In this document: piece after piece, positions 59,011 to 64,000 of the stretch
Layout: each line of letters starts with the position of its first letter
How positions within the stretch are numbered: the stretch's first letter is position 1
Origin: the human T2T-CHM13v2.0 reference genome, Homo sapiens
DNA length: 64,000 bases
Assembly: GCF_009914755.1 (NCBI RefSeq)
Contig: NC_060947.1
Strand: one strand, 5' to 3'
Position numbers and translations under genes: made by a program
Notes under the pieces: generated by a model
The model's input: the letters and a program-made list of their open reading frames with translations, nothing else
The model's database searches: none
What the model was told of the DNA's origin: nothing

Positions 59011-60980
59011 TGTTACAGGATCTTTGGGGTGTCACTTTTCTGGCTGGAAACCTGTGGCAGTGGCACCTTTGCCCAAGTTTTGCTTGGGCCCACTGGGCTT
59101 GTTCTGCCCACTCAGCCTGGCAGCTTGCACTCAGCTCATGCTATTGGCATAGATCCCATGCCTCCACAAGAGACTGTGATTCAGGCGTGGAGTGGCAAGG
59201 GGTGTGTGAGTGAGCATGGGGTCTGGCCACTGTGCAGTCAGACACAACAGCTGTTGCAGCAGGGTGGGCAGCTCCAAATACCGGCATGGGTGCCAGCTCT
59301 CTGCAAGGCTGTGTGGGTGGACCAGGCGCACTGCAAGCAGCTTCTCTGGCTGGCACCAGGGAATGCAGTGGTGCCTGGAAGCTTGGAGACACTGGAAACT
59401 GCAGGGCCCCAAAGAGGAAGTCACAGCCCTGGCTCGGGGAGCTCCCAGGTCTGGGCTCCCCGAAGGGCCACAGCTCTTCTCTCCTTCTCTTTACCTGCAA
59501 CATGTCAAGCAAGGGGCATGTTTCAGCCCTGTTTGTGTTACAGTTCTTCTAGCTTCATCATTTGGCAGGTCCTGAGTTCTTGTCCTGTGACCGTGAAGAA
59601 TGAGGTATGCAGAGAAGTGAAGGATGAGCCAGATGAAGTGGAGCTTTATTGAGTGATAGAACAGCTCAGTCTCCCACAGGGGGCAGCTCATTTCTGCAAC
59701 CAGGGTGTCCCACTGAGTGTTCAGCTCCTAGCAGAGAGGGTAGCTCCTCTCTACAGCTTGTCACCCCATCATCTGTTCCAGCTCTCAGCCAGAGGGTAGC
59801 TCCTCTCTGCAGCTGGTTGCCCCATCATCTGTTCAGCTCCGGCTGAGCCCGGGGCTTTTATGGGGCCTTAAAGGAGAGGAAGCATGTGTGCCAATTGGCT
59901 CATGGGCAGCCACTGGGGGACCTGAAAAAGGCTCCACAAGTTCCCACTTTGTCCATGGGACTAGCAGCTCCAACCCGCAGCCTTCAGGCCGTCTCTGACT
60001 TGAGGGTGGGGCCTCACTGGGGACCCACCCACTTCCACCCAGAAGCCTGTCTGCCTTCCACTGCCATTCATGGCACCCAGGATGTTTGTGCCAAGGGGTG
60101 CCTTCAGGTCAGCACCAAGCTGCCCTCAACACCCTCTTGGCTTCCCTCCCATGCTCATTGGTGCCCAAAGTCCAGAAGGGGCCAAGGTGGCAGGGACCTG
60201 GCATGTCAGCACTGCCTTGAGCCTGCACACACCTGGCCAGGCTGTGGCAGCACCTGGGATCACTCCAACCAAGATTAGAGTGGCTGCCAGGAGCGGGAAG
60301 GGGCCAGGCAGTGGGAGTGGACACCTCTGAGCTTGTGGGGTCAGAGAGAGCCACCCCGGGTCCCCGAGAGTGCAGAGATGCCTGGCTCTGCAGCTGTGGC
60401 TTGGGTGGCTGTAGCTGCACACAGGAGGGCTGGGCTCCTGCCTGCTCCATGGAGCAGGAGGCCCACGTCTGCAGCCGTGACTTGGGTGGTTGCAGCTGCA
60501 CTCAGGAGTGTGGGGATCCTGCCTGCTCCCACTACCCCAAAAGCACAGGGAGGCCTGGGTCCCAGCCATGACTTTGGGCAGCTGTAACTGCACCTGGTAG
60601 GGCAGGGCTCCTGCCTGCTCTGTGGAGTGGGAGGCACAGATCTGCAGCCACGACTTGGGTGGCTGCAACTCTGTGCAGGAGGGCAAGGATCCTTAGTGGA
60701 GCAGGGGCCCAGGTTCTCAGCTGTGACTTGGGTGGCTGCAGCTGTGCCTGGGAGGGCCAGGCTCCCACCCACTCCCAGCCCACGAGCACAGGGATGCCCA
60801 GGTCCACAGCTGTGGTTTGGGTGGCTGCAGTGGCACTCTGGGAGCTCCCACCTCAACTTGGAAGGGGCAGGTTGTCCCTAGCTCCCACCAGCTCCATGGA
60901 GCATGCGGCCCTGGAAGGGCCTTCCTGCTGCAGCCGGTGTGATGGCAGAAGCCACTCCAGATGGCCTGCTGCTGCCATAA
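59011..60980 (-). mobile_element. MER52-family ERV1 solo LTR (~2 kb)
   Basis: Terminus TGTTACAGGATCTTTGGGGTGTC, GC-rich body with recurring GACTTGGGTGGCTGCAGCTG units; 4-bp TSD TCAT at 59007-59010 and 60981-60984. Confidence 0.9.
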
Positions 60981-62599
60981 TCATGATTCTTGACCTCTTT
61001 GACGACTTTAATTTCATGACATGGCAAATATAGCAGATTTTCAGTGTACAAGTTCAGATGTGTAAGACATATAACTTTACAGTTTATAACTTAATTTCCA
61101 TTTTAAGCCTCCTATTTTGGATTGGTCTGCAATACTAGCATGGCTTTTTCTTGAGTTCCTTCTCTGAAGGAATTTTATTGAGGTTCTGGGGGGATTTACT
61201 CAAGGTGCAGCCACTGGGTAGGGCTGTTTGATATCTGAGTCCTTGCTGCATAAAGGTGCTCAGGGAGGAAACCCTACTGTGCCCCTTCCACGTGCCCTGT
61301 CATGTCCAGTTTCAAGTTACTCCTAAATCCCTTTGAGCTCCACTTGGGACACGGGCTTTGGCTTTCCATGTCTTTAGATGTACCTAAGTACCTTTTCTTT
61401 TCTGGGGGGGTCCTGCCACTTCCTTCCCCCTGTGTTCCTCTTATGGCCAAGACATAGGGCCTAGATCCCCTCTCTCTAAGGTTATAGCTGTTTTCTGACT
61501 TGCCACATTCTTCCCTGGAGGAAGTGAGAAAGGGAACAACTCTTTGCTTGAATTGGTGGTGGGGTATGGGGTGGCAGAAAGAAGAAGTACAGAAGTAACT
61601 AATGCACAGGTTATTGTCTCCAAATGTTTTTCTGCCACACAAAGTATAACAGGTTTTATCTGCATGTCTATATGGTTGGAACCAGAGTTTCATTTTTTCC
61701 CCCTTATTGAATTACTTGTCACTAGAAGTTAAAGAGTTTCTCTTAACAGTCAACCAGATCCTGTGACAGATAGATTTTTCAGAACCTGGCAACGGTTCTT
61801 CATGATATATACTCCACCAGGGCAAGGATTTATGTCTGCTTTGCTTCAAGCATCCAGAGCAGTTTCTAGCATATGCTGCCTCATTTTAAGTAAAAATTAA
61901 GGATCCAAAGTTAATATACAGCTTTAACGGCAATTAGATGAACTGATTCCTTCCAAACATTACAAAATTTTTATAGTCACAGATAGCAAGGACCCTTTTA
62001 TAACTTCTTCTTCAGTCCTGAGATTAACAGTTTTCTTCTGACCTTGATCATAAAGTACTTCCTAATTTCAGAAACATTGGAAGATTCTAAAAATATGTGT
62101 CTCAGCATGGAGGAAATCTGCAGTGCAGCCAACAGCCAGGAAGAGGCACAGTGAGGGCAGCAGTTTGATTTGTCTGATCCCAGGGGTGGAGCATCTGGGC
62201 AAGTGGTGGTCGGGGTGCATAAATGGAGGGCCCCATTGTGGGACCATTGGCTAGCATGCTGATTATTTGGAGAGGCAGAGAAGACCAATGTGAACAGAGT
62301 GTGGGATAGACTAATGTATTAAGAGCATTTGACAGACCATGCATGGGGTCAGTTTGGAAGAATGGTGCCTAGGGCCAGAGACATGGCAGTGGGAATAAAA
62401 GTGAAGGAATGAACATGAGAAGTTAATAAGAAGCCTACTATGCCTGACTCAAGTCAACAAAGGGAATAAAGGAGAAACAAGAGTCCATGAACCTTAGAGC
62501 TTTCAAATCTAGATGTCTAGGAAAATATAGTACCATTGCCTGAAGCTAAAATGAGGAAGAGGAGCTTGTAGGGGGAGAAGACTTTAGCTACTAATATAG

Positions 62600-63000
62600 A
62601 TCTTATTAATTAGTCTTCATAAATATGATTGCCCAAGAATATAAAACTTTTCCCAATTAACTGTTACCCGGCTCCAATGTTTTCATCTTGATGATAACGA
62701 TTTTGATAAATATCTTACTGAAATCCAATTATACTGTATCATCTGCCTTTTTTTGGTGTGCCAATTGGTAATGCTAAAAACAGGAAGTGAGATGAGCCAT
62801 CATGGCATTTTCTTGGTGAACCCTTCCTGGTCCCTGGTGATCTTCAGTGCCTGTTATAAGAGCTCACAAGCAGTCCATTCAATAATCCAGTCTAGACTTT
62901 CTAGAGGCCACTTGAAAAAATCCACAGTATGTCTGAACATCTTCAGACTCCTGGCACCTCCCTTATTCCACATTGTGGCAGTCATGGAGGTGCACTCTAT
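62600..63000 (-). mobile_element. CR1/L3 relic (probably the same element as fragments at ~57300-58130)
   Basis: Reverse-strand RT-like motifs (CTTACTGAAATCCAA, TTCTTGGTGAACCC). Confidence 0.55.
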
Positions 63001-63039
63001 GCAGGTCAAGAAAGAACCGCAGGTCAACCATGAGAAGTA

Positions 63040-63381
63040 CGGTTAGCTGATGGTCTCCAACTGTTAGCACTTCAGAATCCATCTTGGCTTTTGAGCTGAG
63101 AACACACTCTTCCTGGGCATTTCCCAGCCAATGACTGAGCATGATGGCAGTGTTAAGGTTTGGCCATCTCTCCCCAACATGAGATTCCTTTAATGGGTAA
63201 TCTTTGCTTCTGAGCTGCCTGGGTTGGCTGAGGCTTTGTCAGATCTGCATGTGGTTTGACGCTGTCCCTGCCCCAGACTGCTTCCTTCCCCTTTATCTTT
63301 CATAAGCATCTCCTACCAATAAACCTCTTGCACTTTTAACTGCATCACAGTGTCTGCTTCCTGGAAGACCCAACAAACACA
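63040..63381 (+). mobile_element. LTR16-like ERVL LTR
   Basis: GCCAATGACTGAGCA...AATAAACCTCTTGCAC...GTCTGCTTCCTGGA.GACCCAA...ACA. Confidence 0.75.
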
Positions 63382-64000
63382 AGCATTATTCTTTTATGCT
63401 CTCCTGACATTGGTCTCGGGATCAAATGTCTAAGTTTTTTCAGGGACTCAAAAATAATTTGTTAAGCATGGAATCCCAAGGCAGAGGTCTCATATAGCTC
63501 TCTCAGATTGCTTGGGCTTTAATTCTTTCCCAACAATATTGGTCCTACTCTTTAATATTTGAAAATTATTCTCCTTGATGTAAAAGATGGCAATCCAATA
63601 GGATTCAACTTTCTCCCTGCCAGCACCATCTACTCCAAGGGGTTCTGGTGGAATTTGAATTCCCAGATGTGCAGAAGTGACATTGGGCTCTCAGAAGGCT
63701 TTCCACATATTCTGGCAACACATCCAAGAAGACAGCATACTTCTGAATTGGCCACATAAGGCTGACCTGTGGCCTCTCTACTCTACCTAGCAGAGATCAC
63801 TGTATGAGCTACTGGTGCCTACAAAGAGTTCCATATTGCCGTGTGTCAGAAACTTCAAATGTCCAGTCTCACCCTTCAGAGGCAGCCAGAGATCTGGCTT
63901 CTTGGTACTATTTCTCCTTCTTCTTTTTAACTGTGGATTTTTTTTTTTCCATTCAACCCTCACGACCTTGGTTTTAATTGCTCTCTACTCCCTGATTCTG

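Noticed and set aside
60380-60840. Spaced direct repeats superficially like a CRISPR array
   Set aside because: The units are degenerate, the spacers resemble each other, they lie inside a primate LTR, and there are no cas genes.
59029-61033. Many overlapping 80-200 aa ORFs
   Set aside because: They fall in a GC-rich repetitive LTR that is poor in stop codons on both strands, with no protein family resemblance.

Overview
Primate (most likely human) genomic DNA, not microbial. It holds the 5' end of DIPK2B (CXorf36/DIA1R, X-linked, FAM69/DIPK family) on the minus strand. Coding exon 1 is 31744-31512 and exon 2 is 22933-22669; they splice in frame (233+265 = 498 nt, 166 codons), and intron 2 runs off the left edge. 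The upstream flank (33-64 kb) is nearly all nested transposable elements: a two-LTR ERV1 provirus with PBS, PPT and TSD (carrying an Alu, a deleted L1 and a solo LTR), a full-length old L1PA with two Alus, an internally deleted mini-L1, a MER52 LTR and CR1/L3 relics. The other ORF-track entries are repeat-derived or spurious. I found no evidence of a new gene system. The most unusual signals are structural: a perfect 54-bp inverted repeat, two local templated insertions, a tandem CTCF motif near a Z-DNA tract, inverted Alus around exon 2, and a 24-nt orphan Alu head. Repeat subfamily names are from memory of consensus sequences and need RepeatMasker/Dfam confirmation.
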